Shown here: positions 49,347-63,000 of the stretch, one piece after another
Position numbering within the stretch: position 1 is the stretch's first letter
Layout: the number at the start of each line of letters is the position of its first letter
Assembly: GCA_002269645.1 (NCBI GenBank)
Contig: NIVC01000800.1
Coordinates: 186,001 to 250,000 of the forward strand
From: Macrostomum lignano
Lineage: Eukaryota
Length of the DNA stretch: 64,000 nucleotides
Reading direction: 5' to 3'
Made by a program: the position numbers and the translations under genes
Notes under the pieces: model-generated
The model's input: the letters and a program-made list of their open reading frames with translations, nothing else
Database searches by the model: none
What the model was told of the DNA's origin: nothing

Positions 49347-50578
49347 AATTATTTATGTATAATACAAAGAATTAAGCATAAAAATACAGCGGTTGTATAC
49401 TGTGTTTTACTGCACCTAAATATTATCGTGTTTTTAACGTGTACAAGTGTATTTTATTAGAAATTAAGTTCAGCAGTTTCGGTCCGTTAGATTGGATGGC
49501 ATGAAATCCATAGATGGATAGATTATGGTTATGGATAGTTACTTTTAAAAATCTAATTTTAAAATCACTAGCTTGGTACTTCATAATTTATATGTATTTA
49601 TTTACCATGTAATGCGCACATATCGTGCGGATTCATTTGATTTTAAGGGGCAGTTGGAGCAAAACGAATACTCAAGTCTGAAGAAGCTTAACACTTAACA
49701 GGCCTAAAAAGCAAGCCTGAAATCCAAAATGGCGTGAATGGTGACTGAACCAGTCCTTTTTTTAAATATTATTTGAAAGAGTTAACAAATAAATATTAAA
49801 CATATATCATATTATCATCACATCACATATTAAAATGACCACTGCACTGTCACAGTTAGATCTAAAGTAAAAATAAAATCCAAATCAAATGCAATGCATA
49901 ATTATAAGTAGCTACCTTACCTTACAAATGCAATAATTCATGTTTTTAAAGATTTTTTATGTTTATTAGTTATTGATTCATGATTTCTTAACATAAAAAG
50001 CCCTTTTGGTACAACTAATTGTTGGGGCTAAGGTAAAAAGAGCAATAGATCAAAAAGTCAACAGTCAGAATGGTAATAGTCAAAAGGATGACAATCATAA
50101 TATTATTATAATTACAAGTGCACATTAGACTTCTATATATTTAAAATTTATTTGTTAATGTTGAAATGTATAAATAGTTAAAATTAGGCCTAGACTTATG
50201 TGTGCATATTTGTTAACTTTTATAAATTTTACAAGTAGTAATAATATAAATTTGCAATCTATTTTATGATTTTATAAAAAGTTAGTATATAAATAAACAA
50301 CTGGAATACAAGCCACTCCAGTAACAGCCACTTTAGTAACAAAGTAGATTTACAATTATTAATACTATATTTCTGTGGTAATTAAATTTAGTAACACTTA
50401 GTTTATTAATTAATATCTCAAATATTGTATTTCCATATATAGTTTAATGTTCTAGTAAGTTGTATTATAATTTGTTTAAACTTTTGAATTAGGCCTAACT
50501 TTATGATAAATTTAAAGGCAAAGAAAATTAAGCTAAGTCTCTGTATGTGAGTGTTCCTTGACAGATTCCTTGACAGAT

Positions 50579-51935
50579 ATGAATTAATGTTTCGAGATGC
50601 ATTCTTTACTCTGACGCCGTATTTAGTTTTAAAATTTTGTAGACAAAAATTTTGTCTTCAAGGAAAAAACATTGGTATGAATGCAAAGTGTGTCAAAACA
50701 ATTTTATTATGCATTCCTTACAAAAAAATTCTCAGGCCAAAGAACTTATGAAGTAATGGTAGCCATGAATTTTTTGTCAGTTTCTGATGCATGTCTCAGC
50801 TTTGCAGTGACATCTTAGACACAAGTCTGACTTTTGTATTTCCCAGGTTATCTGCTTCCAAAGTGTGTTTTCCATGAGTCATGCATCATTTGTACCAAGA
50901 CCAACCAAAACTTTGACTTATCGCTTCGTCTCTATGCTTCAATCATTTGCTCTGAAACTTCTATCACTTCTTGACACATGTCTCAGATTTGCAATGACAT
51001 CTTAGACACATGTCTGACCTTTGTATTTCCCGGGATATCTGCTTCCAAAGTGTGCTTTATATGAGTCATGCATCATCCATACCAAGACCAACCAAAACTT
51101 TGACTTATCACTCTGTCTCTATGCTTCAATCATTTGCTCTGAAACTTCTATCACTTCTTGTGGCATGTCTCAGCTTTGCAATGACATCTTAGATGCATGT
51201 CTGACTTTTGTATTTCCTGGGATATCTGCTTCTAAAATGTATGTTCCATGGGTTATTTCTATATCTCTCGCTGCATCTTTTGCTTGCATACTACGAGACA
51301 CGCAATCAAACACATTATTGGTTTGCATATTTCTTGAGATATTTTCTAAGCTTTTGGGTTCAAAATGACACCTTAAGTACATAGAATCACCTAGCTTTTT
51401 TGTGTTATTCCTGAACAATGTCTGTTTCTTGGCAAATTTGGTGGCAAAAAGTATACTGTCAACATGTTTATTGTAAAATGTTACAAGTAGTTTCTCAAAA
51501 CAATTAATAATAACTTATTAGAAACAACTGTATTTGTATAAATGTCTTGTACTATGTATAGATAATTGCAATTAGTATCGTAGTTGAGGGGAAAGGACAA
51601 AGGTCAAAGTTTTGGTTGGTCTTGGTATGGATGATGCATGACTCACAGAAAGCACACTTTGGAAGCAGATATCCTGGGAAATACAAAAGTCAAACATGTG
51701 TCTCAGATGTCACTGCAAAGCTGAGACATGTGTCAGAAAATGACAAAAAATTCATTGCTACCATTACTTCATAAGTTCTTTGGCATGAGAATTTTTTGTA
51801 AGGAATGCATGATAAAATTGACACACTTTGTATTTGTACCAATGTTTGTTTTTAAGACATTAAATTTTTGTCTACAAAATTTTAAAACTAAATATGGCAT
51901 CAGAGTAAGGAATGCATCTCGAAACATTAATTCAT
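50579..51935. mobile_element. Foldback-like element: ~340-bp inverted arms plus internal ~187-bp direct subrepeats
   Basis: 50579-~50919 is the imperfect reverse complement of ~51597-51935 (atgaattaatgtttcgagatgc / gcatctcgaaacattaattcat). Subrepeats catgtctcagctttgca at about 50791, 50977 and 51164. No TSD identified. Confidence 0.75.
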
Positions 51936-52254
51936 TTTTGTTTGAATTCTGTTCAAATGTGAAAATATCTGTTGGGGAACCCTCACATAGTCTCTGAGCC
52001 TGCAAAGTGTATATTGAAATTAAAAATTTAAAATAATTTATGAAAAAAAGTAGATTCCATAATTTTAAGTCACTATTTGCTAACTTAGAGATTCTAATGT
52101 ATACAATATTTTGTCAATTACAAGATGTCTCAGTGCATGCATTTGAGTCATCCGGAAATTAAGTAGGTTAGTTTAAAACACTTTTAAATAAACAAGTTTA
52201 ACAAATGCACATATGCATGTGTTTTTTTTTAAAGTTTGTGTGCATATTCTTTTG

Positions 52255-53087
52255 CAGTGTGGGGCACCAGTCCATTAATAAGCATTAATGCATTAAAAAG
52301 CATTAATAAGTGTTAAGATTTTTCATTAACATTAACAGAATGCTGTTAAGATTTTTTTAAACTAATGGATTAACAAATTTGCATTAATAATTTTGTGATG
52401 TAATGACAAATTCATTGTTAATGTTAATGACAATGTCAATGACCAACAGCACAAAGAAAGAACAAAAATATAAGTCTGAAGAGAAGTTACAACATTACAG
52501 ATATATTTGAATTTACCTAATTGCCCAATGAATTTCTATTTATGATGATGATCATGCAAATATAATAACTTCTTACTAATGAACTTTAATAATGAATTAA
52601 AATTGTGAACTTGGATATGAGCATCAATCGCTTATGATTCACTTCTCTCCCAATCTTTCATAACTTTTTGCTGCACCTGCTAATGAAACAACCTTCCTAT
52701 TCATATTTTATTAACTAATTAGCTTTCAAGTTTTTAATAAATAAGTTAATTCTTTAACCATATGCTTACCCTTAGTAGTATTATACATACAAGTTTTTTA
52801 AAATTATTATTCATTATTTTTGAGTTTGTAAATTGCTTAAATGCCCTCTGTGTTTCGCTAAAAAAATAGAAAAGCAGACAGTGTATTTTGAAGTCTGTTT
52901 TGGAAAAAAAGTGCAAGATTTCTGTATTTTCTATGTTAAATTTAATTGATTAATGCTTTTTAATGACTATCAGTTAACTTTAACAAAATTAAGAGTTAAT
53001 AAATTAAGATTTTCTTGTTTTAATGCTAATGCTTTTGCCATTAATGGAAGTTAAGATTTTCATTAATGGTGATGGTGCCCAACACTG
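52255..53087. mobile_element. hAT-type MITE, copy 2 (833 bp), same family as 31261-32132
   Basis: TIR CAGTGTGGGGCACCA / TGGTGCCCAACACTG; 8-bp TSD TTCTTTTG (52247-52254 and 53088-53095); colinear with copy 1 throughout. Confidence 0.92.
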
Positions 53088-54096
53088 TTCTTTTGGAACA
53101 TATCAATTAATACATTTTTTTCATACTTGTTACCAAATTGGCTGTTACTGAGCAATCATGTTTTATTACCAAAGTGGCTGTTACTGAAATGGACTGCTAT
53201 CAACAACTGTATTTTTGGCATCGTTTTTTATTTATATTGGTATAGAATTAATAAACTAAATTTTACTCTAGCATATGTCCATCATGATCTAGACTATAGT
53301 ATATGTATATATATTATTGCATTCTAAATAATTGACTCTTCTAGGCTTAAGTATATAAAATATTATAGTTGTTTATTATTAAAGATTTTAACTCTTTCTA
53401 GAGTTATATGCTTTAACTATTATTTTTTTATTTATATAACCAACTAAATTTTGTTAAAGTCTAAGTAGGGATAAGGTAGAATCCCATTCAACCCTAAAAA
53501 TTGATATAACCTTAAATCAAAGCATATAAGGTTATTAAACTTACTTATAATCCTATTAAAAGGCATAGCAGCTTAGTGCTAAATATATTAGACTATTAAG
53601 CCATAACCTTTTAGTATGATTTTATAGCTAATAGTCAGCAATCAATATGTATAGCCATATTAATGCTCAGCTTGTATGAATGAAAATGCACTAGAGGTTG
53701 CCATGTAACTCAGAACCATGTTGGCCAAAGCACGGAGAGTTTATATGATTGACAATGAGAAAATGAAGGCTGGTATATGCCTTGTGTATGAGTATATGTC
53801 TGTATACAATATTTATTGGCTTGTATATATGCTCAAGGATGGGCAAAATAGGCAGAATTGCCTTAGCACTAGTTGTGGGACACAATGTCACTAAGGTGGC
53901 AGGGTGTGGCAGGGTGCCCATTCGAAAACTCTGTCATTCAAATTGAAGAAACTCACTTAGCATGCTACTTCATACACTGCAGCTAGCATGCTTTGACAAG
54001 CCATGCCACTTGCTGGGCTAGGAGTTCTGTACATGGTGCCGCATCACCTCCTGAGACCATAGAAGAATTGAGTAGTGCTGCTCTAGGAGGGCCCCT

Positions 54097-57000
54097 ATGC
54101 AGACTGCACTCAAGCGACGCTCTCTGAGTTTCAATTCCTCCTCAGCCAGGTCCTCGCCGCGACCCAGCAGGCTGCGAAATCCTCTCGGATTTCTGACAAT
54201 GTCCCCGGGACTGCCCAGTGTGGACGAGAACCTGTTCTACATGCGCAAGGTGAGTGTCCGGTTATGAATTTATGTATATTGATGCTTTGCATTGGTTGAC
54301 CTTTTCAAGTAGGGTCAGTATAGTAATGTGGGTATTATTGACATGTCTGACTCCCCATGCGCCGGTTAAAGTTATATAGCTATTAGAATTAATAAATAGA
54401 TGACGCCAATATAAACTGACACCAATTCAGACACTACTGACACCAATTCAGACACTACTGACACAAATTCAGACACTCCTGACACCAATTCAGACACTAC
54501 TGACACAAATTCAGACACTACTGACACAAATTCAGACACTACTGACACAAATTCAGAAACTACTGACACAAATTCAGACACTACTCACACCAATTCAGAC
54601 ACAACTGACACAAATTCAGACACTACTGACACAAATTCAGAAACTACTGACACAAATTCAGACACTACTGACACAAATTCAGAAACTACTGACACAAATT
54701 CAGACACTACTCACACAAATTCAGACACTACTGACACCAATTCAGACACTACTGACACAAATTCAGACACTACTGACACCAATTCAGAAGCAGAGCCGAA
54801 TTCGTGTCTCTAGCAGTCAAAATTTGCTTGTGGAATTCACAGATGCGCGACAGTCTTCACTGCAGCACCTGGACCACGCGAGCTGCTTGCGACAGACAAA
54901 TCTCCTGCTTTCATTTTGCTATGTTGCCAGCGCATTGAACTTGGCTAACCAGTTCAAATAGTTTTATCACGTTGTGCTTTTCTCTCTAATACACCCGCGT
55001 AATTTCGCTAACGCATAAATAACTACCAATTCGAGTTTTGATAGAATTCAACTTTCGGTTGAAATAATTGGGCCAAAAAATATCGATTTCTTATCTGTGG
55101 ACTGATTGAATAACTACTATAATAATAATTTAGTTTACTCTTATTACTATTTAATCTATAATATTATTCACAGTATCGCGCAGTCAGTGCCGTGTCTCGG
55201 TTTGTGCATTTTTGTTCTGACTGTTAATAATCTGCTTCACCCATAGCTGGTCAAGTTGTGTTTCAATTTGTGGTTGAATCCTGCACTTGGTGTATTCGCA
55301 GTTTATGGCCTCTTTGCTACTTTTTTCGGGAGCTTTTAGAAGTCCCCCGATATGCATCGAAATATTTCTTTAAAAACAGTACAATGTTGTAGTTGTACTA
55401 TGGTACAAAATTATGGCGATATGTATGGATAAGGCTATGATTTTATTTGCTATGCATAGTATTCATGTAGCAGTATGTCGATATGTATCGATGACTTTGG
55501 TTAGGTGTAGTATACAACAGTGTGCCGATATGTTTCGAAAACCAACAATTTTCATGGTTATTTATTTATTGGGTGCAAAAGTATGCCGATATGTATCGAA
55601 AACCTACAAATTTGTATAATTAGATATTGGGTGCAACATTTTGCCGATATGTACCGATATGACTTTTTGTTCGGTTAGGTGTAGTATACAACAGTATGCC
55701 GATATGTATCGAAAACCAACAATTTCATGGTTATTCACTGGGTGCAAAAATGAATAGGCAATAGACATATCGACAGTATTCCGATATGTATCGAAAACCT
55801 ACAAATTTTTATAATTAGATATTGGGTGCAACATTTTGCCGATATGTACCGATAAGACTTTTTGTTCGGTTAGGTGTAGTATACAACAGTATGCCGATAT
55901 GTATCGAAAACCAACAATTTCATGGTTATTCACTGGGTGCAAAAGTGAATAGGCAATAGACATATCGACAGTATTCCGATATGTATCGAAAACCTACAAA
56001 TTTTTATAATTAGATATTGGGTGCAACATTTTGCCGATATGTACCGATAAGACTTTTTGTTCGGTTAGGTGTAGTATACAACAGTATGCCGATATGTATC
56101 GAAAACCAACAATTTCATGGTTATTCACTGGGTGCAAAAGTGAATAGGCAATAGACATATCGACAGTATTCCGATATGTATCGAAAACCTACAAATTTTT
56201 ATAATTAGATATTGGGTGCAACATTTTGCCGATATGTAACGATAAGACTTTTTGTTCGGTTAGGTGTAGTATACAACAGTATGCCGATATGTATCGAAAA
56301 CCAACAATTTCATGGTTATTCACTGGGTGCAAAAGTGAATAGGCAATAGACACATCGACAGTATTCCGATATGTATCGAAAACCTACAAATTTTTATAAT
56401 TAGATATTGGGTGCAACACTTTGCCGATATGTACCGATAGGACTTTTTGTTTGGTTAGGTGTAGTATACAACAGTATGCCGATATGTATCGAAAACCAAC
56501 AATTTCATGGTTATTCACTGGGTGCAAAAATGAATAGGCAATAGACATATCGACAGTATTCCGATATGTATCGAAAACCAACAATTTTAATGGTTATATA
56601 TATTGGGTGCTACAGAATTCCGATATGTATCGAAAAAAACATATGACTTCCAGGGCACCAACGGTTTTGAGGAGCTCAAACGCTACATCAAGCAGGGCAA
56701 CGACCTGTGCAAGGATCTGGCCGCTGTTCTGAACGAGCGATGCGAACTTGAGCAGAATTATGCTCGCAGTTTGAGCAAAATCAGCCAGAAGATGAGCAAA
56801 GTGGCCTCTACCTGCGCTGGGTGAGTTTTATGAGACAATTTCTTTGTCTCCCCTGATGAATTTTCCCGGAATTCTGCTGATTGATGCCCCCCAATCTGGG
56901 TCTCCATCGCCCGCAGCACTGTGGCAAACTCCTGGGGCTCGGTGGCCGAGGCCATGAAGCGGGAGGCGGAGGTCAGGCAGGAGTTCGCGTCCAACATGGC

Positions 57001-60000
57001 CGATGAGGTGGCCAAGCCGATGAAGAACCTTAGCGAGTCATTTCATAAGGCTCGGAAACCGGTGCGGGGCTGGGCTGGCGGGGTTTTGTGTGCTGGATTT
57101 GTGGTTTTGTGTGACTGGATTTGTGGTTTTTTGTGACTGGATTTGTGGTTTTGTGTGAATGGATTTGTGGTTTTGTGTGACTGGATTTGTGGTTTTGTGT
57201 GAATGGATTTGTGGTTTTGTGTGACTGGATTTGTGGTTTTGTGTGAATGGATTTGTGGTTTTGTGTGAATGGATTTGTGGTTTTGTGTGACTGGATTTGT
57301 GGTTTTGTGTGAATGGATTTGTGGTTTTGTGTGAATGGATTTGTGGTTTTGTGTGAATAGATTTGTGGTTTTTTGTGACTGGATTTGTGGTTTTGTGTGA
57401 CTGGATTTGTGGTTTTGTGTGAATGGATTTGTGGTTTCTGTGTGAATGGATTTGTGGTTTCTGTGTGAATGGAGTTGTGGTTTTGTGTGAATGTATTTGT
57501 GATTTTGTGTGAATGGATTTGTGGTTTTGTGTGAATGGATTTGTGGTTTTGTGTGAATGGATTTGTGGTTTTGTGTGAATAGATTTGTGGTTTTTTGTGA
57601 CTGGATTTGTGGTTTTGTGTGAATAGATTTGTGGTTTTGTGTGAATGGATTTGTGGTTTTGTGTGAATGGATTTGTGGTTTTGTGTGAATGGATTTGCGG
57701 TTTTGTGTGAATATGGATTTGCGGTTTTGTGTGAATGGATTTATGGTTTCGGTGTGCTCAATAACTCTCGCCCCCACCCCACCCGGACGCGGAGCAGATC
57801 GAGGCGCAGGTGGACAAGGCCGGCCGCACCCTGTTAGACAAGCGGTCTGACGAGGCGGCCGCCAAGAAGAAGGCCCACACAGCCGCCAAGGACACCGAGA
57901 AGGCCTGGGACTCTCTGTCCGATGCCCGGATTAGAGGCAAGGGGGGCGGCAGCGGCGGCAGTGGAGACTCCAAAGCGGATAAGGAGTCCAATAAGGTAAA
58001 TTTTCCCTGCATAGCCTGTTTTGGGATAATTTTCCCTGCTCAGCCTGTTTGGGGATAATTTTCCCTGCTCAGCCTGTTTTGGGATAATTTTCCCTGCTCA
58101 GCCTGTTTGTGGATAATTTCCCTGCTCAGCCTGTTTGGGGATAATTTTCCCTTTCGCAGCTTTTGTTGGCTGCATCAACGGATACTTTCTGCCCACTCAT
58201 CATGAGCTGCATGCGAGAGCTGAAATCCCAAATCCCATCACTCCCAGCAAGCCGACCTGCTCTGGGACCAGTTGAGCGCCAACTGCTCCAGTCTGCTTGG
58301 CCGAAGCAAACTTGAGCAGAAAGTAAGAAACTACTTGGCCTGAGTTTCATCGTCACTGTGACACGCCTTTGTTTTTGGGAAATTGTGTTGGCGGTTTGGC
58401 AATGGTGGAACTCCAGTGTACATCATTCACACCCAGTCCCACTCCAATGTACATCATTCACACCCAGTCCCACTCCAATGTACATCATTCACACCCAGTC
58501 CCACTCCAATGTACATCATTCACACCCAGTCCCACTCCAATGTAAATCATTCACACCCAGTCCCACTCCAATGTACATCATTCACACCCAGTCCCACTCC
58601 AATGTACATCATTCACACCCAGTCCCACTCCAATGTACATCATTCACACCCAGTCCCACTCCAATGTACATCATTCACACCCAGTCCCACTCCAATGTAC
58701 ATCATTCACACCCAGTCCCACTCCAATGTACATCATTCACACCCAGTCCCACTCTAATGTACATCATTCACACCCAGTCCCACTCCAATGTACATCACTC
58801 ACACCCAGTCCCACTCCAATGTACATCATTCACACCCAGTCCCACTCCAATGTACATTATTCACATACCTGTAGTAAGGACACATGACGTAATTGGTATA
58901 TTTCTTCACTATTCCTCTTATTATTAAATTATCACACAAGGAAAGAGCTTTTATTTATGCATGTTAACCTTTTCATTCATTCCTTTGTCCCTGCAGCAGG
59001 AGAAGAAGTGCCGCAGCTCGCAAACGGCCCAGCTGAAATACGACAGGGATTATTATGACGCCTGCTTCCGAGCTGAACTGGCCCGGCTCGAATGGGAGGC
59101 AACCGTTGTCAAGGTAAACAAATTTATGTTTAATATGGTTTGAGCATCCGCTGTCAATGCAAACATTCATGGTTGCTAAGGCCAGTGAGCCGTTGTCAAT
59201 GTAAGCATTCACTGATGCTAAGGCTAGTGAGCCGTTGTCAATGTAAACAAATTTATGTTTAATATGGTCTGAGCATCCGCTGTCAATGTAAACATTCATG
59301 GTTGCTAAGGCCAGTGAACCGTTGTCAATGTAAACATTCACTGTTGCTAAGGCTAGTGAGCCGTTGTCAATGTAAGCATTCACTGATGCTAAGGCTAGTG
59401 AGCCGTTGTCAATGTAAACATTTACGGTTGCTAAGGCTAGTGAGCCGTTGTCAATGTAAGCATTCATGGTTGCTAAGGCCAGTGAGCCGTTGTCAATGTA
59501 AGCATTCACTGATGCTAAGGCTAGTGAGCCGTTGTCAATGTAAACATTCACTGTTGCTAAGGCTAGTGAGCCGTTGTCAATGTAAACATTCACGGTTGCT
59601 AAGGCTAGTGAGCCGTTGTCGATGTAAACATTCACGGTTGCTAAGGCTAGTGAGCCGTTTTCGATGTAAGTTTCGTGATATTTTCATACTGCACTGTCCT
59701 GTGCAGTGTTCGTTTTGGTTGATGCCTTATTTGTTGAACTGCTGCCGGCACGAATATCGCACGTCACGTGACTGTCTCGTGAGCTGTTAGCTATATGTAC
59801 AATTAGCTGGCTATAACAGTCTTGTTTCTTGTTAACTATTGCTACAGCAGCTGTTGCCTGAGTATTGCGCATTAACTTAGCATAGCAGGGCCCTGCAGAC
59901 GCAATTCGAATGCTTTGCAAACAGTTTGGCTTGACTCGATTAGCGAATGAGTTGAAAATGTTTTAGCTGCCGCGGTCTATTACGAATTCGCAAGCTTTAG

Positions 60001-63000
60001 CAATAATCTCTGGCAGTTAATTATCGATAATCGTTAGCAAAAACTAATAGTTAATGATTTATAATCGTTAACAAAGCCCCGATAGTTACTTATTCATAGT
60101 TGTTAACGGAGCCTGGTAGTTAAGTGACGATAATCGTTTAACGAATCCCTGATAGTTAATTATCGATAATATTTAACAAGGCATTGATAGTTTATTATCA
60201 ATAATCGTTATCAAAGCCCCGATAATTAATTATTCATAGTCGTTAAAGGAGCCTGGTAGTTAAATATCGATAATCAATAACGAAGCCATGATACTTAATT
60301 ATCGATAATCGTTAATAAGGCTCTGATCGTTAATTATTTATGACCGTTAAAAAATCCCTGATAGTTAATTATCGATAATCGTTAAATTACCTTTGATAGT
60401 CATGATTTATGATAGTCAATTATCGATATGCGTTAACGAAGCCCTAATTTTACAGTCGTTAATAAAATCGTCATGATTAATTTTCCATGGCTTTTAATTC
60501 GTTAATAGTATTAATTAATTAAACCTGGTCCATTTCAGTTCAAAATTCCTTCCGCTTCATCCCGCAGGGCTCCGAGCAGCTGCAGGTGCTCGAAACCGAC
60601 CGTCTGAGACAGTCGCACGAGATGCAGAAAAAGCTACAGCACCAGCTGTCTCTGCTGGCGCCCGCTTTTGCCCAGCTGACTGACCGACTTGGACAGAGCC
60701 TACGGCAGGTGGACACGGAGGCCGACATCGGCATGGTTATTGAGCAGCGGGGCGCATTGCTGCAGACCAGCGAGCAGGTGAGGGCCAACTTAGGATAGTC
60801 CAGTCAATGTACATAGGAGAATCCAGTCAATGTACATAGTAGAATCCAGTTGATGTACATTAGAGAATCCAGTCAATGTACCTAGGAGAATCCAGTTGAT
60901 GTACATTAGAGAATCCAGTCATTTACGTAGGAGAATCCATTTGATGTACATTAGGAATCCAGTCAATGTGCGTAGGAGAATCCAGTTGATGTACATTAGA
61001 GAATCTAGTCAATGTACATAGGAGAATCCAGTTGATGTACATTAGAGAATCTAGTCAATGTACGTAGGAGAATCCAGTCAATGTACATAGGAGAATCCAT
61101 TTGATGTACATTAGAGAATCCAGTCAATGTACATAGGAGAATCCATTTGATGTACATTAGAGAATCCAGTCAATGTACGTAGGAAAATCCAGTTGATGTA
61201 CATTAGAGAATCTAGTCAATGTACATAGGAGAATCCAGTTGATGTACATTAGAGAATCCATTCAATGTACCTAGGAGAATCCAGTTGATGTACATTAGAG
61301 AATCCAGTCATGTACCTAGGAGAATCCATTTGATGTACATTAGAGAATCCAGTCAATGTACGTAGGAGAATCCAGTTGATGTACATTAGAGAATCTAGTC
61401 AATGTACATAGGAGAATCCAGTCAATGTACATAGGAGAATCCAGTCAATGTACGTAGGAGAATCCATTTGATGTACATTAGAGAATCCAGTCAATGTACG
61501 TAGGAGAATCCAGTCAATGTACATAGGAGAATACCCACTGCATTCAGGTTCTATTCGAGAGCTACGCCGAGGATTTGAACAACCCGATGGACAAGGGACG
61601 TCGCGAGTTCGCTCTTCGCACCTACGCGGGCTTCGTGTACGCCGATTTGGAGCGCGAGCTGAAAGGCAAAGAGGGCGTCGAGAAGCTGCTGGGAGTTTAC
61701 GCAAGCGGCCCCGGCGGTTTCTCCGATGTAACCTCTCAGCGGGAGGCCTCCGAGAAGCTGACGCACATCCTGGCCGTGGTGCAGTTCCTTGAGGCCAACC
61801 AGTACAAACTGGACTTGGCACTGCACGCGCTCACCGGCGGCGACAAGCCGGTGTACCGCCTGGCGAGTTGTCTGGAACGGAGCAAAGACCGGCAGGTTTG
61901 TCCGGATGAAAGCCAACTCTGTTGCTAGGAGCGCGGTTGCTATCGGTTGCTATGGGTGTCAACTTTTTGCTGACGTCACACAATGGTTGATAGGGACGCT
62001 AAATTGGTTGCTATGGGCGCTAACTTGGTTACTAGGGTCGCTAAATTGGTTGCTCTGGGCGCTAACTTGGTTACTAGGGTCGCTAAATTGGTTGCCATGG
62101 GCGCTAACTTGGTTACTAGGGACGCAAACCTAGTTGCTAGAGGCGCTCTGTTGATACCCACACACTTGGATGCTAAGAACGCCAACTAAGTTGTTAGAGC
62201 TCGAAATTGGTTGCTAGGGACGCCAAAATGTTCGCTACTTAAGGCACGCAAGGCGCTCGCCTTCCCGTCCGTCAAATAAAAAACTGGCTTTGTCTTCCGC
62301 AGGGCATGCCGCAGACCATCCTTCGCCTGGCGCCGCCCGCCCTGCGCCGGGCCCAGTCTGTTGCTTCCGCTTCCGGCGGCGGCCAGCCGTCCCCATCCCC
62401 TTCCGGCGCAGCAGCCGGCAGGCGGCACCCGCCGCTCAATCGAGGCGCTACAATCGCCGCGCCGGGAAACGGCGGCGGCGCCGCTGCCGCCTTCAGCTAT
62501 GACGACATGTTTGACGATGGCACCTACGCCAGGATCGACACCCTGGCTGAGACCGACGGCGCCGCCTTGGCCTCCGTGCGGAGAAAGTCTGCAATGGTGG
62601 GTAGCTCACCGACCCACTCACTGAACCACTCACTGACCCACTCACTGACTCACTGACCCACTCACTGACTCACTGACCCACTCACTAACTCACCGACTCA
62701 CTCACTGACCCACTCACTGACTCACTGACCCACTCACTCACTCACTGACCCACTCACTCACTCACTGACCCACTCACTCACTCACTGACACACTCACTCA
62801 CTCACTGACCCACTCACTCACTCACTGACCCACTCACTGACTCACTGGCCCACTCACTCACTCACTGACCCACTCACTGACCCACTCACTGACTCACTCA
62901 CTGACTCACTCACTGACCCACTCACTGACCCACTCACTGACTCACTCACTGACTCACTCACTGACCCACTCACTCACTGACCCACTCTTATCCCAATCGC

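Noticed and set aside
58126-58356. PP2C-like motif LAGSDGIWDF on the minus strand
   Set aside because: A single short motif with none of the other PP2C motifs nearby; likely coincidental.
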